Shown piece after piece: positions 1 to 10,720 of a stretch of 64,000 nucleotides of DNA. Every line of letters begins with the position of its first letter. Within the stretch, counting starts at the first letter, position 1. Made by a program: the position numbers and the translations under genes. Source of the stretch: Gemmatimonadales bacterium (GTDB taxonomy: Bacteria > Gemmatimonadota > Gemmatimonadetes > Gemmatimonadales > GWC2-71-9); NCBI GenBank assembly GCA_041577295.1, contig JBFGJG010000002.1, forward strand, positions 96,001 through 160,000. Direction: 5' to 3'. Under the pieces are notes generated by a model. It made no database searches. It was not told the origin of the DNA and worked only from the letters and a program-made list of their open reading frames with translations.

Positions 1-1544
1 CCCGCATCTGCATTCACCGTCGGCAGATGATCATCTACGACAACTTCCATTTCGATGCTCTCCGGCAAGACTCGCCGCAGCACACGGGATGCTTCCGCCA
101 CCACGCGCGCGAGATCGGTGGGTGAACGCACCAGCTTCTCCCGCCGGCTGAACGCAAGGAGCTTGCGAATCATCGCGGCCCCGCGACGTGCAGCGTCGCG
201 GAGCTCGTCGAGTTCGGACCTTTCGCCTCGCTCCGGTAACTCGCGCGGCGTCGAGACCGCCAGGAGATCGGCGTTTGCAAGGATCACGGTCAACAGGTTG
301 TTGAGGTCGTGCGCGATGCCGCCGGTGAGGCGCCCGACGGCTTCCATTTTCTGTGACTGCCGGAGTTGCTCTTCCAGTACCTTTCGTTCGGTGACGTCTT
401 CCACGATCATCTCGAAGCCCGCCAGCGAACCGGCATCCACCAGCGGTCGCCCACTCAAGCGGACGGTAATGGGTGTACCGTCCCGGCGTTTCCAATCGAC
501 CTCGACGTCATCGATCTGCGCGACCTGGTGATATTTCGCAATGAGGCGAGCACGATCTTCCGGATACAGATAGAGATCGCGCTCGAGAGCGAGCGACAGC
601 ACCTCGTCCTCGTTTGCGTAGCCAAGCATTTCAACGAGGGCGGGGTTTACAGCGACAAACTGACCGCCTACGGTCGATCGATACATGCCGTATGTGGCGT
701 GTTGAACGAGCGAGCGATACTTCTCCTCGGATTGCTGCAGCGCCTGCTGTGTCATCCGCATCCGGGCGGTGAGCCGGTAACTCCAGAACACGGCGCCCAG
801 CACGAGCAGGGTCGTGACGGCGAGCGCGACGGTCATGATGAGATGCTTGAGCCACCGAGCGCCATCACTCAGCGTCGTGGAGAACTGAACCTCCAAAGCT
901 GTGAGCACATTGTTTAGATCGTCGATCTGAGCGAGGAGCCTGTCGATCGCACGGGGGTCGGTGTTGGCGCTCCGGATCTCCTGATCCAGGGCTGTTGCGA
1001 GGTGATCCAAACGCTCCAGCAGTCGATCACCCTGCTCCCAAATTTTGACAGCATGCTCGATGAATGCGATACCGTAAAACGCCCTGAAGGCTGCAATGAA
1101 GCCCGCAATGTCATCCGGATGATGACCCGCCTCCGTAAAGGCTTCCACCACCACGTCCATGTTGGGATCGGGATGCTGTAACTCTTCTCGCCCACGACGG
1201 TTGGCCAGCGGGACGGCCACCGCCCGACGATAGTCTGTGAAGTCCTCGACTTCCGTGGTCCGAGCATACCGATGCAAGGCGATGATGGCGTCTTTCTGCC
1301 CGCGGGACCACATACCCTCACCTGCGACGTACGAGCGAGTCCAGGACAACATTTCGAGGGCGGTGAAGTTGATGTACAAGTGCAGCGCAACGACCGCAAC
1401 GAATACCGCCACGACGATCCAGACGTCTCGATCGAACCCGCCCGATGAGCCGCGAGCCGCGGGTCGGGAAGGCCGGATGCGGGAAGGATCGTCCGCCACT
1501 GGCCGCTCCTCCGGCAGACCCTGGGGAAGATCGTCCGTCGTCAC
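1..1544 (-). CDS. Membrane sensor PAS histidine kinase (probably hybrid), 3' end runs off the window
   Basis: Not in the ORF track. Manual translation from GTG at 1544, just after the stop of the upstream kinase, gives a TM segment, an extracytoplasmic region (YVAGEGMWSRGQKDA), a second TM, a PAS domain (YRSLVQHATYGMY) and the HisKA H-box [21 protein letters not shown]. The frame is open to the window edge. Confidence 0.85.
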   Translation of the reverse strand, partial: MTTDDLPQGLPEERPVADDPSRIRPSRPAARGSSGGFDRDVWIVVAVFVAVVALHLYINFTALEMLSWTRSYVAGEGMWSRGQKDAIIALHRYARTTEVEDFTDYRRAVAVPLANRRGREELQHPDPNMDVVVEAFTEAGHHPDDIAGFIAAFRAFYGIAFIEHAVKIWEQGDRLLERLDHLATALDQEIRSANTDPRAIDRLLAQIDDLNNVLTALEVQFSTTLSDGARWLKHLIMTVALAVTTLLVLGAVFWSYRLTARMRMTQQALQQSEEKYRSLVQHATYGMYRSTVGGQFVAVNPALVEMLGYANEDEVLSLALERDLYLYPEDRARLIAKYHQVAQIDDVEVDWKRRDGTPITVRLSGRPLVDAGSLAGFEMIVEDVTERKVLEEQLRQSQKMEAVGRLTGGIAHDLNNLLTVILANADLLAVSTPRELPERGERSELDELRDAARRGAAMIRKLLAFSRREKLVRSPTDLARVVAEASRVLRRVLPESIEMEVVVDDHLPTVNADA

Positions 1545-1545
1545 G

Positions 1546-4500
1546 TCAGTCGATGGTCACCTGATCGCGGGGACCAGGCGCGTTCGCCGTCGCTTCGTCG
1601 GCGTTCTCAGGGTGGTCCAACACCTCGCGGACCCGCTTCAATAGATCGACAACCGTCCACGGTTTGTGGAGGAAGGGAAGCATGGGATCGAGTTCGACAC
1701 TGTCACGCATGTCCCGCGCGGCATAACCACTCGTGAAGACGAACTTTACATTGAGCCCCGCAGCCCGAGCGGCTTCGTGCAGTTTCCGGCCGCCCAGCTT
1801 GGGCATGACGACATCCGTGATGACGAGATCAATCGCAATGTCCTGATTGCGTAGCACGGCCAACGCCTCCTGACCGTCGGCCGCCACACGCACCGTGTAT
1901 CCAAATCGCTGTAGTACCCGCTGACACGCCCGTCGGATTGCTTCCTCATCCTCGACCAACAGAATGGCCTCCGTCCCCCCGCGAACGTCGCTCGGGTGCT
2001 GCGCGGGTACGTCGATGGGATCGACGCTACGATCCACCGGGAAGTACATTCGCACCGCGGTTCCCTGGCCCACTTCGCTGTCCACGTTTATGAAACCGCC
2101 ATGCTGCTTGACCAGCCCGTAGACCATTGCCATACCCAGACCTGTGCCCTCTCCAGGTGGCTTGGTCGTGAAGAACGGCTCGAAGATCTTCCCACGGACT
2201 GCGTCGTCGATGCCCATTCCCGTATCGTGAACCGCCAGACAGACATAGTCGCCTGGCTCGCCCCAGCCGTAAGTAGAACGATACTGCTCGTCGAGGGTGG
2301 TGATGCGGGTCTCAATGCGGAGGGCACCGCCATCGGGCATGGCATCTCTCGCGTTGGTCGCGAGATTGAGAACGATTTGCTCGATTGCTCCCCTGTCCGC
2401 ACGCACGACCGCCCGTACGTTATGCCGGAGAACCTTGACTTCAATGTGCTCCGGCAGCAGGCGACGCAGCATCGGTGCGAGCTCCTCAACCACTTCGCCG
2501 AGATCGAGTCGATGTATGTCCAGGTGCTCACGACGCGAGAACGCCATCAGCTTGCGGATCATCGCCGCTCCTCGGCGCGCCGCCGCGCGAATGTCATCCA
2601 CCTCAGACCGAAGTGCCTGTGCTTCTTTCGGGAGCCCACCCTGGATCAGCTCGGCGTTTGACAGCACCGCCGTGAGGATGTTGTTGAAGTCGTGGGCAAT
2701 GCCTCCCGTCAGCTGGCCGATAGCCTCCATCTTCTGCGCGTGACGTAGCTGCGATTCTAGCGCCCGTTGTTTCGTCACATCCTCAGCGATCATCTCGACT
2801 GCATCCACGTGTCCTTCAACACTGCGAACTGCTCGACCACTCAGACGGACCGTGATGACGGTTTCGTCCTTACGCATCCATTTTGCCTCGACGCCGTCGA
2901 TCCGCTCAATGCGCTCCAGGCGCCGCATCATCCGGTCCCAGTGCTCGTGGTCGACGTAGATATCCTGGGCGATGTCGACTTCAGCGAGCGCCGCTTCCGA
3001 TTCGTACTGCAGCATCTCGGCCAATGCTGGATTGACCGCGAGGAATTGACCGTTTCGACTAGCCCGGAAAATCCCGTAGGTCGCGTGCTCGACGAGCGCG
3101 CGGTACTTCGCCTCAGATTCCCGAACTGCTCGCTCCGCTCGCTTGCGAGGCGTGATGTCCACCAGTGCGTTTACGATGCCGATCACCGCGCCGTTGCGAT
3201 CCGCCAGCGGCGCGGCCGATAGGCTAACGTCAATCGTTTGGCCATCTTTGGCGAGCCGCTGCGTCTCGACATTCCGTACCGGCTCCCCACTGAGCACTCG
3301 TAACCGCAACGCATTGAACTCCTCTAGCCGGTTGGGAGGAACGATGGGTGGCCGCCAGCCGATGACCTCATCGGCCGTCCATCCAAACGTCCGCTGGGCT
3401 GCGGAGTTCCACATTCGCACGAACCCATCACGATCCAACATCAGGGTTGGGAGTGGTGACGCATCGAAGACGGCTCGAAGACCATCCCGGCTCGCGCGTA
3501 GCGCCTCGGCGACCTCTCGACGTTCGGTGATGTCGATCAGGCTGCCTCGGATCAGGCGGCGACCGGCCGACGGGAGGCGAACTAGGCGAATCTCACATGG
3601 CACGCTTCGACCCGACGAGTGACGGTGCACCCAGTCATATACCGGCAGACGGCCAGCCAGGGCCTCCTCGATGAACTGCTTTGCCAACTCGTTGCTGTTG
3701 CTACCGTCGGGCTGTGTGGGAGGGCTCAGATGGACGGGTCCCATCCGGAGCAGCTCCTCACGGCTTCGGCCAAAGAGCTCGACGGCGTGTCTGTTCACGT
3801 CGATGAATCGACCGGTATCGACATCGAGAATGACCAGCGCTTCCGGCGCATGTTCGACGAGAGTCCGAAGGCGTTGCTCACTCTCTCGTAACGCTCGTTC
3901 GGCTTGCGCTCGCTCCGAAATGTCACGTATGACGGCGAGCACATGCTCCTGACCATCCGGCACGATGCGTGCTTCGAGTCGCCTGAGCGTGCCGTCGAGC
4001 GGGTGATCGTACTCGAATGTCTGAATGCTGCCCGTGCTCAGGGATCGGCGGATCACCCTCGTGGCTTCGTCCGCAAGTTCTTGCGGAAGGATTTCGGACA
4101 CAGACCTTCCTAGGAAACCTGCGGACGTTGCCGGAGTCTCGAACCCCTTCGCGGGGATGTAGTCCACGCAAACGCCATCCCCGGTGAGACGAAAGATCGG
4201 ATCCGGTACTGCGTGCAGCAGAGCGCGATTCTTCGACTCACTTTCACGGAGGGCCTCTTCAACGCGCTTGCGTTCCGTGATGTCTTCCAACACACCGAGC
4301 ACGAGAGTCGTTTGTTTGGGGGCCAGAATGGCCGAGACGGTGAGATTCGCCCACAACGTGCTCCCATCGCGACGGACGTATCGACGCTCGACCTGGTAAT
4401 GGGTGAGCTCACCTTCGAACACACGACGCACCCGCTCGGCGCTCACGTCTGTGTCCTCGGGATGCGAGAACTCAAGGAACGTGTGCGTCACCAACTCGCT

Positions 4501-4734
4501 CTGTGTGTAGCCGAGCATCGCACACAGGGCAGAGTTCACTCGCAAGATGTGAAAGTTCGAGTCGACGAGCGCCATGCCCAACGGCCCATTTTCGAAGACG
4601 TCCGAGAAGGGACCACCGCTCGAAGCGGGTTGCGGAAGCCGAGCATCCGCCTTACTGCGCCACCATGGGGATCGGCCGAGCAGGATACCGGCTCCGATTC
4701 CCAGAGCCGCCGCAACCAAGCCCAGTAGTATCAT
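1546..4734 (-). CDS. Multi-PAS hybrid sensor histidine kinase with C-terminal receiver domain
   Basis: N-terminal TM, about five PAS/PAC repeats (DITERK motifs), [10 protein letters not shown]-box, [17 protein letters not shown]-box, and a REC domain (LLVEDE, DVVMP, KP). Confidence 0.93.
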   Translation of the reverse strand: MILLGLVAAALGIGAGILLGRSPWWRSKADARLPQPASSGGPFSDVFENGPLGMALVDSNFHILRVNSALCAMLGYTQSELVTHTFLEFSHPEDTDVSAERVRRVFEGELTHYQVERRYVRRDGSTLWANLTVSAILAPKQTTLVLGVLEDITERKRVEEALRESESKNRALLHAVPDPIFRLTGDGVCVDYIPAKGFETPATSAGFLGRSVSEILPQELADEATRVIRRSLSTGSIQTFEYDHPLDGTLRRLEARIVPDGQEHVLAVIRDISERAQAERALRESEQRLRTLVEHAPEALVILDVDTGRFIDVNRHAVELFGRSREELLRMGPVHLSPPTQPDGSNSNELAKQFIEEALAGRLPVYDWVHRHSSGRSVPCEIRLVRLPSAGRRLIRGSLIDITERREVAEALRASRDGLRAVFDASPLPTLMLDRDGFVRMWNSAAQRTFGWTADEVIGWRPPIVPPNRLEEFNALRLRVLSGEPVRNVETQRLAKDGQTIDVSLSAAPLADRNGAVIGIVNALVDITPRKRAERAVRESEAKYRALVEHATYGIFRASRNGQFLAVNPALAEMLQYESEAALAEVDIAQDIYVDHEHWDRMMRRLERIERIDGVEAKWMRKDETVITVRLSGRAVRSVEGHVDAVEMIAEDVTKQRALESQLRHAQKMEAIGQLTGGIAHDFNNILTAVLSNAELIQGGLPKEAQALRSEVDDIRAAARRGAAMIRKLMAFSRREHLDIHRLDLGEVVEELAPMLRRLLPEHIEVKVLRHNVRAVVRADRGAIEQIVLNLATNARDAMPDGGALRIETRITTLDEQYRSTYGWGEPGDYVCLAVHDTGMGIDDAVRGKIFEPFFTTKPPGEGTGLGMAMVYGLVKQHGGFINVDSEVGQGTAVRMYFPVDRSVDPIDVPAQHPSDVRGGTEAILLVEDEEAIRRACQRVLQRFGYTVRVAADGQEALAVLRNQDIAIDLVITDVVMPKLGGRKLHEAARAAGLNVKFVFTSGYAARDMRDSVELDPMLPFLHKPWTVVDLLKRVREVLDHPENADEATANAPGPRDQVTID

Positions 4735-5969
4735 GCTCCGCCGGGGGCGAGTTCCTGTTGGATCCGTTCGACCTCGTCACGACACTCGAGAAAGAGATCG
4801 AGTACCTGCGGATCGAAGTGCTGGCCGCGGTCTGCTTGGAGCATTCCGTAGACCGTCTCAGCGGAGAGGGCCTCCCGGTACGGGCGTTCGTTGGTGAGCG
4901 CGTCGAATACGTCCGCGACGGCACAGATACGCCCGGCAAGTGGAATCTCTTGCCCTGCGAGACCCCGCGGGTAGCCGCTGCCATCCCAGCGTTCGTGGTG
5001 CGTCAGCGCGATCACCTCACCCAACTGGAGGAGTTCCGAGGGGGAGCCACTCAGCATGCGCGCGCCGATCACGGTGTGCTGCTTCATCACCTCCCATTCC
5101 ACGGGGGTGAGCTTGTCTGCCTTCAGCAGAATCGCATCCGGGATACCGATTTTCCCCACGTCGTGCATGATGCTTGCGTACCTGATCACGCGCGTCTGAT
5201 TCGGAGGAAGGCCGAGACCGTGCGCGAGCATCTCGCAGTAGCGACCGATCCGTTCGATGTGGCCCGCAGTGGCCCGATCTTTGTACTCGGCGGCCAGGAC
5301 CAGGCGTCGCAACGTGTCGAGGTGGGCTTCTAGCGTTCGCTCGTGGGCCGCCGCCGCCTGCGCAAGGGCGTCTCGCAGCTCCGAGGTTCTCTCCTCTACC
5401 GCTTGCTCCAGTTCCGCTCGATGACGCTTGAGTGCATCGGTCGCCTCTTTCATGCGCAGCAGCCACGACGACCGAAGCTGGAGCTCGGTGACATCGAAGG
5501 GCTTTGAGATGAAATCGTTGACACCGGCTTCCATGGCGTGGAGCCGATCTTCTTTGCTGTCGAGTCCCGTGACCATGACCATTGGGAGATCGAAGTACCG
5601 AGGGTCCTTGCGCACACGCTGTGCGAGCTCGAACCCGTTCATACCGGGCATCCGTGCGTCGAGTATGACGAGATCGACCGCCTCATCGATCCGCTCCAGT
5701 GCCTCCGCTGCACCGGCGGCCAAGAGAGTCTCGTAGCCAAAGGATCTCAGAACCTTGTCGAGGATTCGCCGCGCCTCCGCCTGATCATCGATGACCAACA
5801 CCCGCTTGGCGCGTCCGGTCGGATGAAAGGGCATGTCCGGCCGCGGATCACAGGCCGGCGGCGGAACGTTTACCACAGGCGCACGCGACAGTCCGAGAGC
5901 CCTGTCCGCGGACTCGGATGCGATGCCCGGCGACCCGAGCAGCGATTTCTTCGATCCGATCCGTAGCAT
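4731..5969 (-). CDS. Response regulator with HD-GYP c-di-GMP phosphodiesterase domain (RpfG-like)
   Basis: REC (VIDD, DARMPG, SKPF) plus MHDVGKIG and HHERWDGSGYP motifs. Start uncertain (5969 or 5834). Confidence 0.9.
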   Translation of the reverse strand: MLRIGSKKSLLGSPGIASESADRALGLSRAPVVNVPPPACDPRPDMPFHPTGRAKRVLVIDDQAEARRILDKVLRSFGYETLLAAGAAEALERIDEAVDLVILDARMPGMNGFELAQRVRKDPRYFDLPMVMVTGLDSKEDRLHAMEAGVNDFISKPFDVTELQLRSSWLLRMKEATDALKRHRAELEQAVEERTSELRDALAQAAAAHERTLEAHLDTLRRLVLAAEYKDRATAGHIERIGRYCEMLAHGLGLPPNQTRVIRYASIMHDVGKIGIPDAILLKADKLTPVEWEVMKQHTVIGARMLSGSPSELLQLGEVIALTHHERWDGSGYPRGLAGQEIPLAGRICAVADVFDALTNERPYREALSAETVYGMLQADRGQHFDPQVLDLFLECRDEVERIQQELAPGGA

Positions 5970-5970
5970 C

Positions 5971-6405
5971 TCAGATCGTCGTCCCCGGCGGCGCACCAAC
6001 GGACGGCGCGTCTGCCAAACGGTCACCAAAGAGATCGACCAACGCGGCCGGCATCTGCTGGCTCCATTCCGCCTTGGTGACAAACCCATCCGCTCGCACT
6101 CCTACAGCGGCTTCGCGGTATGCGGGATCGTCGTACAGCGTGAGGATGACCACGCGTGGAGGCGTGGCCATTGCTTTGATGCGCCGCGTGGCTTCCAGGC
6201 CGTTCATCCCGGGCATGGCGAGATCCATGAGTACCAGATCTGGGCGAAGCGTCTCGACCAGATCTAGCGCTTCCTGTCCGGCGGAGGCGCAACCCACCAC
6301 TTCCAGCCCCGCATAGCTGCCTAACCGGCGCAACGCTGTCTGTACGAACTCGTGACTGTCGTCAACCACCAGCACCCGAAGGGGCTTCGCGGCCTTGTGG
6401 GCCAA
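5971..6405 (-). CDS. Stand-alone receiver-domain response regulator (NarL-type REC)
   Basis: RVLVVDD, DLAMPGMNG and FVTK motifs with no output domain. Start placed at the TTG after a GAGG; uncertain. Confidence 0.8.
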   Translation of the reverse strand: MAHKAAKPLRVLVVDDSHEFVQTALRRLGSYAGLEVVGCASAGQEALDLVETLRPDLVLMDLAMPGMNGLEATRRIKAMATPPRVVILTLYDDPAYREAAVGVRADGFVTKAEWSQQMPAALVDLFGDRLADAPSVGAPPGTTI

Positions 6406-6585
6406 TACGACCTCGCTGCAGAGTGTGTCGTTGGACTGGAAGGAACGGCCAGCGACTTGGATGCGCCGGCGAACACAAGCCGCCAGCGGCGGGCGCACCA
6501 CGATCTTAGGAGCTACCGGCCGATCGTGGTATCAGGAGATCCCTGAGTTCTGCGGGGGAAAAGACCCGAGAGGAACGCGGGCCCG

Positions 6586-7239
6586 CTAGTCTTCGAGGGC
6601 GACCAGCCCCATACGAATGGCGTAGCGTACCAGCGAGGGAATGTCGTGAACATCCAGGCGCTTCATGAGCTGAGCTCGGTGGGTTTCGACGGTCTTGGGA
6701 CTTATGTTCAACTTGCTTGCGATCTCCTTCGTCGAGCTTCCTTCTCCGATGAGCTGTAACACCTGTCGTTGGCGAGGAGAGAGCTTTTCGCGGGCTGTCT
6801 CGCTTCGCGCTGAACCTTCCACGAAGTCCTGAATCACCGCCCGAGATGCGCGGGGGCTCAGGTACGTCTCGCCTCGTGCAGCGGCGCGCACGGCAATCTC
6901 CAGTTCTGCACGGCCAGCGTCCTTGAGCAGATACCCCACCGCCCCGGCTTTGAGGGCCTGGGCCACATACTCTTCATCGCCGTGCATCGAAAGCACCAGG
7001 ATCTTGACCCCGGGAAACCGCTTGACAATCTGGGCCGTCGCATCCAGACCGTTGAGCTCCGGCATGGAAATATCCATCAGCACGACATCCGGCCGCCGCG
7101 AGCTCACGAACGACACAGCGTCCCGTCCGTTGGCAACCTCCCCAATCACCTCGATATCCCCTAGATCTTCCAACAACGCACGAAACCCGGAGCGCACGAG
7201 CTCGTGGTCCTCGGCCAGGAGCACGCGGACCTTCCTCAT
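6586..7239 (-). CDS. NarL/LuxR-family DNA-binding response regulator
   Basis: REC plus LuxR HTH LSPRQRQVLQLIGEG...ISPKTVETHR. Confidence 0.95.
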   Translation of the reverse strand: MRKVRVLLAEDHELVRSGFRALLEDLGDIEVIGEVANGRDAVSFVSSRRPDVVLMDISMPELNGLDATAQIVKRFPGVKILVLSMHGDEEYVAQALKAGAVGYLLKDAGRAELEIAVRAAARGETYLSPRASRAVIQDFVEGSARSETAREKLSPRQRQVLQLIGEGSSTKEIASKLNISPKTVETHRAQLMKRLDVHDIPSLVRYAIRMGLVALED

Positions 7240-8612
7240 ACTGTTCGGTGCGTTTCGCGGCGTTCCAGACGGTTGGCAGCATGTAAGGGGAGGCGGGCCC
7301 GAACGGTGGTCCCCTTCGTTGGTTCCGACTCGACCGAAAAGACACCACCCACATTTTGTGCGCGCTCCCGCATACCGAGTAATCCGAGTTGGCGCGCTCC
7401 TTCACGAGATTCGCCGGCGAATCCAGCACCGTCGTCTCGGACCGTGAGATCCAGGATGTTATTCGACTCGTGAAGCTCGACCTCTACTATGGATGCCCAC
7501 GCATGTCGCACTACGTTGGTGAGTGCCTCCTGCAGGATGCGGAAGCAGGCTGTCTCAACGTCTTTGCGGATGCGGTCGTCAAAGCGGTCGACGCTGAGTC
7601 GGAGTTCGAACCCTGCCTTCGCCGCTTGGCGCCTCGCATAGGACCCGACCGCGACGGCGAGACCCAAGTCGTCGAGCAATGCGGGGCGAAGCTCGAAGGA
7701 AAGCGTTCGAACCTGCTCGATGGCTTGGTCGATTGCAGTGATGCTCTCATTGATTTCCGCCGCGTGTCCGCTGGCGGAGCCCATGTGTTGAATGGCCTCG
7801 AGATTGAGCTTAACCGCAGTCAGCGCCTGACCGATCTGGTCGTGCAACTCTCTCGCAATTCGGCTTCGTTCCAACTCCTGAATCTCCAGCAGCCGCCGAG
7901 AAAGGGCTTGCTGCTGTCCACGGGTGACCCGAAGAGCATCCTCGGCATGCTTCCGCTCCACGATACGGCCGAGAAGCGTTCCAATGTGACGACCAATGTC
8001 GATGAGGTCATCGTCTGGCGGCTCCGGCTCATGACCGTAAAACTCGAGCACGGCCACGACCTCGTCTCGGACCATGATGGGAAATGCAAAGCCCGCTTGC
8101 AGTCCAATCGCTGCAGCTTGTGCCGCACGCAAGAATTCCGGGTCGGACGACAGATTAACCTTCCAGACTGGGAGCCTTCGCTCGAGCGCAAGGCCTGGGA
8201 GACCACGGCCCACCTCGAACGCCATTTCCTCCGTTGCTCTGCGAAACGATTCATACCGTGGGGGATCGGCGAGATACCACGGACCGATCGGAACCAACCG
8301 TCCCACAGAACTGCGCTCGACGACAAACACATGGCCTACAGGCCACCCTGTGTGCCCACAGACGCCTTCCAAAGCGATCCGCAAGGCCGCGGGTACGGAG
8401 GGTGCCTCGTTGGCGGCGACTGCGACGGTCTCGAGGAGTTTTACGAAACCGTGCTGGCGTTCGAACGCCGCATGCTGGCGGATGCGGAGCGCACGCTCCT
8501 CATCAGCCTGAGCTTGGAGGCGTTGCGTGAGATCTTCGAGATCAGCGACGCGTCGTTTGAGCTGCTCGAGCTGTCCCGCTGTCTCGAGGTTCACTTTCGA
8601 TCCACCGCTCAT
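7236..8612 (-). CDS. GAF-domain sensor histidine kinase (HisKA_3, NarX/UhpB type)
   Basis: GAF region, ERSRIARELHDQIGQ H-box, QEALTNVVRH and DDGAGF. Overlaps the NarL gene by 4 nt. Confidence 0.92.
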   Translation of the reverse strand: MSGGSKVNLETAGQLEQLKRRVADLEDLTQRLQAQADEERALRIRQHAAFERQHGFVKLLETVAVAANEAPSVPAALRIALEGVCGHTGWPVGHVFVVERSSVGRLVPIGPWYLADPPRYESFRRATEEMAFEVGRGLPGLALERRLPVWKVNLSSDPEFLRAAQAAAIGLQAGFAFPIMVRDEVVAVLEFYGHEPEPPDDDLIDIGRHIGTLLGRIVERKHAEDALRVTRGQQQALSRRLLEIQELERSRIARELHDQIGQALTAVKLNLEAIQHMGSASGHAAEINESITAIDQAIEQVRTLSFELRPALLDDLGLAVAVGSYARRQAAKAGFELRLSVDRFDDRIRKDVETACFRILQEALTNVVRHAWASIVEVELHESNNILDLTVRDDGAGFAGESREGARQLGLLGMRERAQNVGGVFSVESEPTKGTTVRARLPLHAANRLERRETHRTV

Positions 8613-8807
8613 GAAACGTCACCCGGCGGGGCAAAGGCATGGTTGCCACGCAAGAACGGTCACATGCGACCGGTCATCTGCAGTAGATTAGCGACGACCC
8701 CGCGTGGCTCACAACTCTCCAACACGGAAAGCTGGGCGTGATTGCCTCGTCGACGCGGTCTACGCGCACTGATCAGGCTGGCCGGGCTCTCGCGCCTAAC
8801 CCTGACC

Positions 8808-9932
8808 TCACTCCGTGACCAGGCGTTGCGCGATGGCTCCCGCATCGTCTCGAGAACCGTGGAGAGCACTGTTCACCATGATCAGCTCCCCGACGTTCTC
8901 CAAGGTCAGCAGGCCGACCAGCATCCCTTGTCTCACGACGGGGAGCGCCGAGCACTTGCCCTGACGCATTCGCGCCAGCGCACGCTCGAGCGATTCGTCT
9001 TCCCGCAGTACTTCGCAGTTGGGCCGCATCACGCGATCGACCCCGGTCTCCCGGCCGTGGCTCTTCAGGGCGCCCACCAACTCGCTCCGCATGAGCATGC
9101 CGGTCACCCGCCCCCGGTCGACCACTGGAAAATCCTGTTGGGAGCCCGCTAGCAACTCGTCGATCGCCTCTGCGAGCGTGCTGGTGGGCGTGAGCGCGCG
9201 AAATCGCGTCATCATGGCGTCGCCAACGGTCACCCCGCTGACGGCCGAGCGAAGCTGAACCTGTTGCGACTCGGCTTGGGCACCCAAAAAGACGAAGATG
9301 GCAATGAGCAGAAGAATTGGGTTTCCACCGAGCAAGCCAAAAAGACCGAACGCAATCGCCATGAATTGGCCGATGCCTGCGGCAATCTGCGTCGACCGTA
9401 CATAGTCCAACTTCATTGCCAGGAGGGCTCGGAGGATGCGCCCGCCGTCCATGGGGAATGCGGGGAGCAAGTTGAAGCCAACAATCAGGATATTGAGCCA
9501 GGCAAGTTGCACGAGGAGGTTACCGCCGACCCTGGCGAGCGAGGTGATCGGACCCATCGCATCGGCAAGGACCAGCACAACGATCAGAACCCCGGCAATC
9601 ACCACATTGACCGCGGGGCCGGCCACGGCAACCAGGAACTCCTCGCTCGGCTTGTCCGGCATGCGCTCGAGCCTTGCCACCCCTCCAATTGGCAGGAGTG
9701 TAATGTCCCTCGTGCCCACGCCGAAGCGCTGCGCCGTCAGTGCGTGCCCGAGCTCATGCAGCACAACGCAGGTGAAGAGCGTTAGTACGAGTGCAATACC
9801 CAAAAGGACTTGCCGGACGTCAGCGCCGCTTCGGACGTGCATGAAGACGACCCAGCCGATCAAGATCAAGAATGTCCAGTGTACCTGGATAAGGATTCCC
9901 GAGACCCTACCCAGCTTCCACGACCAGTTCAT
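8808..9932 (-). CDS. Site-2 protease (M50) with tandem CBS domains (Rip3/Rv2625c-like)
   Basis: HELGH and NLLPAFPMDGGR motifs, followed by a C-terminal CBS pair. Confidence 0.93.
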   Translation of the reverse strand: MNWSWKLGRVSGILIQVHWTFLILIGWVVFMHVRSGADVRQVLLGIALVLTLFTCVVLHELGHALTAQRFGVGTRDITLLPIGGVARLERMPDKPSEEFLVAVAGPAVNVVIAGVLIVVLVLADAMGPITSLARVGGNLLVQLAWLNILIVGFNLLPAFPMDGGRILRALLAMKLDYVRSTQIAAGIGQFMAIAFGLFGLLGGNPILLLIAIFVFLGAQAESQQVQLRSAVSGVTVGDAMMTRFRALTPTSTLAEAIDELLAGSQQDFPVVDRGRVTGMLMRSELVGALKSHGRETGVDRVMRPNCEVLREDESLERALARMRQGKCSALPVVRQGMLVGLLTLENVGELIMVNSALHGSRDDAGAIAQRLVTE

Positions 9933-10034
9933 GCACGTCTCCCGGCCAAACCTTCGACAGCGCCTCGATATCAGACAAGCGCCTCTACAACGCCTCTATA
10001 AAGGTAGCGACGCTACGGGAACGTGAGAACGAAA

Positions 10035-10062
10035 CAGCCTCCGGGTGGGAAACCGGAGGCTG
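10035..10062 (-). terminator. Intrinsic terminator downstream of hsp20
   Basis: Stem CAGCCTCCGG/CCGGAGGCTG followed on the minus strand by TTTCGTT. Confidence 0.7.
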
Positions 10063-10089
10063 CGTCCGCGCGCTCGGTCTAGCAGCCGC

Positions 10090-10530
10090 TCAATTGATCG
10101 TGACGCGGCTCTTGACGGCGGGTTCGGCCTTGGGGAGCCGTAGGGTGAGGATACCATCCTGGTAGGTCGCCAGGATCTTATCCGGATCTACGACTTTGGG
10201 GAGCCGCAGCGACCGGACGAACTTACCCTCCTCCCGTTCGCGCCAGATGTACTCCTCCGTCTCATGCTCCTTGCGGAATTCTCGCTTTCCGGAAACGGTG
10301 AGTACGTTTTGCTCGAGGGTCACATCCAAGTTTTCCTTGTGAACACCTGGCGCTTCGAGACGAACCACGAACTCCTTATCTGTCTCGGAGCAAGCGAGTG
10401 CCGGTGCCCATTCGGTCTCCACCAATGGAACCTCGAACCGGCTAAACGGGAACTCGAAGAACCGGTCCAGCAGCTTGTCGAACTCCTGCCGCATGCGCGG
10501 AATGGGCGGTGCCGCTTTGGTGAGTTTCAC
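10090..10530 (-). CDS. Hsp20/alpha-crystallin small heat-shock protein
   Basis: ETDKEFVVRLEAPGV, FVRSLRLP and ATYQDGILTLRLPK motifs. GTG start at 10530 preceded by GGAGG. Confidence 0.92.
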   Translation of the reverse strand: MKLTKAAPPIPRMRQEFDKLLDRFFEFPFSRFEVPLVETEWAPALACSETDKEFVVRLEAPGVHKENLDVTLEQNVLTVSGKREFRKEHETEEYIWREREEGKFVRSLRLPKVVDPDKILATYQDGILTLRLPKAEPAVKSRVTIN

Positions 10531-10561
10531 ACGCCACCTCCTGCTGACATTGACCCTTTTT

Positions 10562-10675
10562 AGTGTATACCTCGTCCAGTGAAGCCACACTGAAACCCAG
10601 TTGAACCATCCCAACCAGCGTTAAGACTTCATTAAGGCTCCCTTCACTTGCCGCTCACTCCTTTCCGAGTACCGT
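10562..10675. promoter_or_regulatory. Divergent hsp20/usp promoter region with two arrays of 11-bp-period direct repeats
   Basis: Minus strand: TTCAA/TTCAG/TTCAC starting at 10605/10594/10583, then TACACT 16 nt later. Plus strand: TTAAG/TTAAG/TTCAC/CTCAC at 10621/10632/10643/10654, then TACCGT 16 nt later. Confidence 0.65.
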
Positions 10676-10720
10676 CCACCCGCGATTGTGAACCGCGTCC
10701 AAGTCGCGGGAGGTAGTTTG

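Noticed and set aside
7389..8741. Long opposite-strand or alternate-frame ORFs (e.g. 7389-8741 +, 13008-14195 +, 23179-24243 -, 27046-28077 +, 59591-60595 +)
   Set aside because: They overlap well-supported genes, have no recognisable motifs, and are expected shadows in high-GC DNA.
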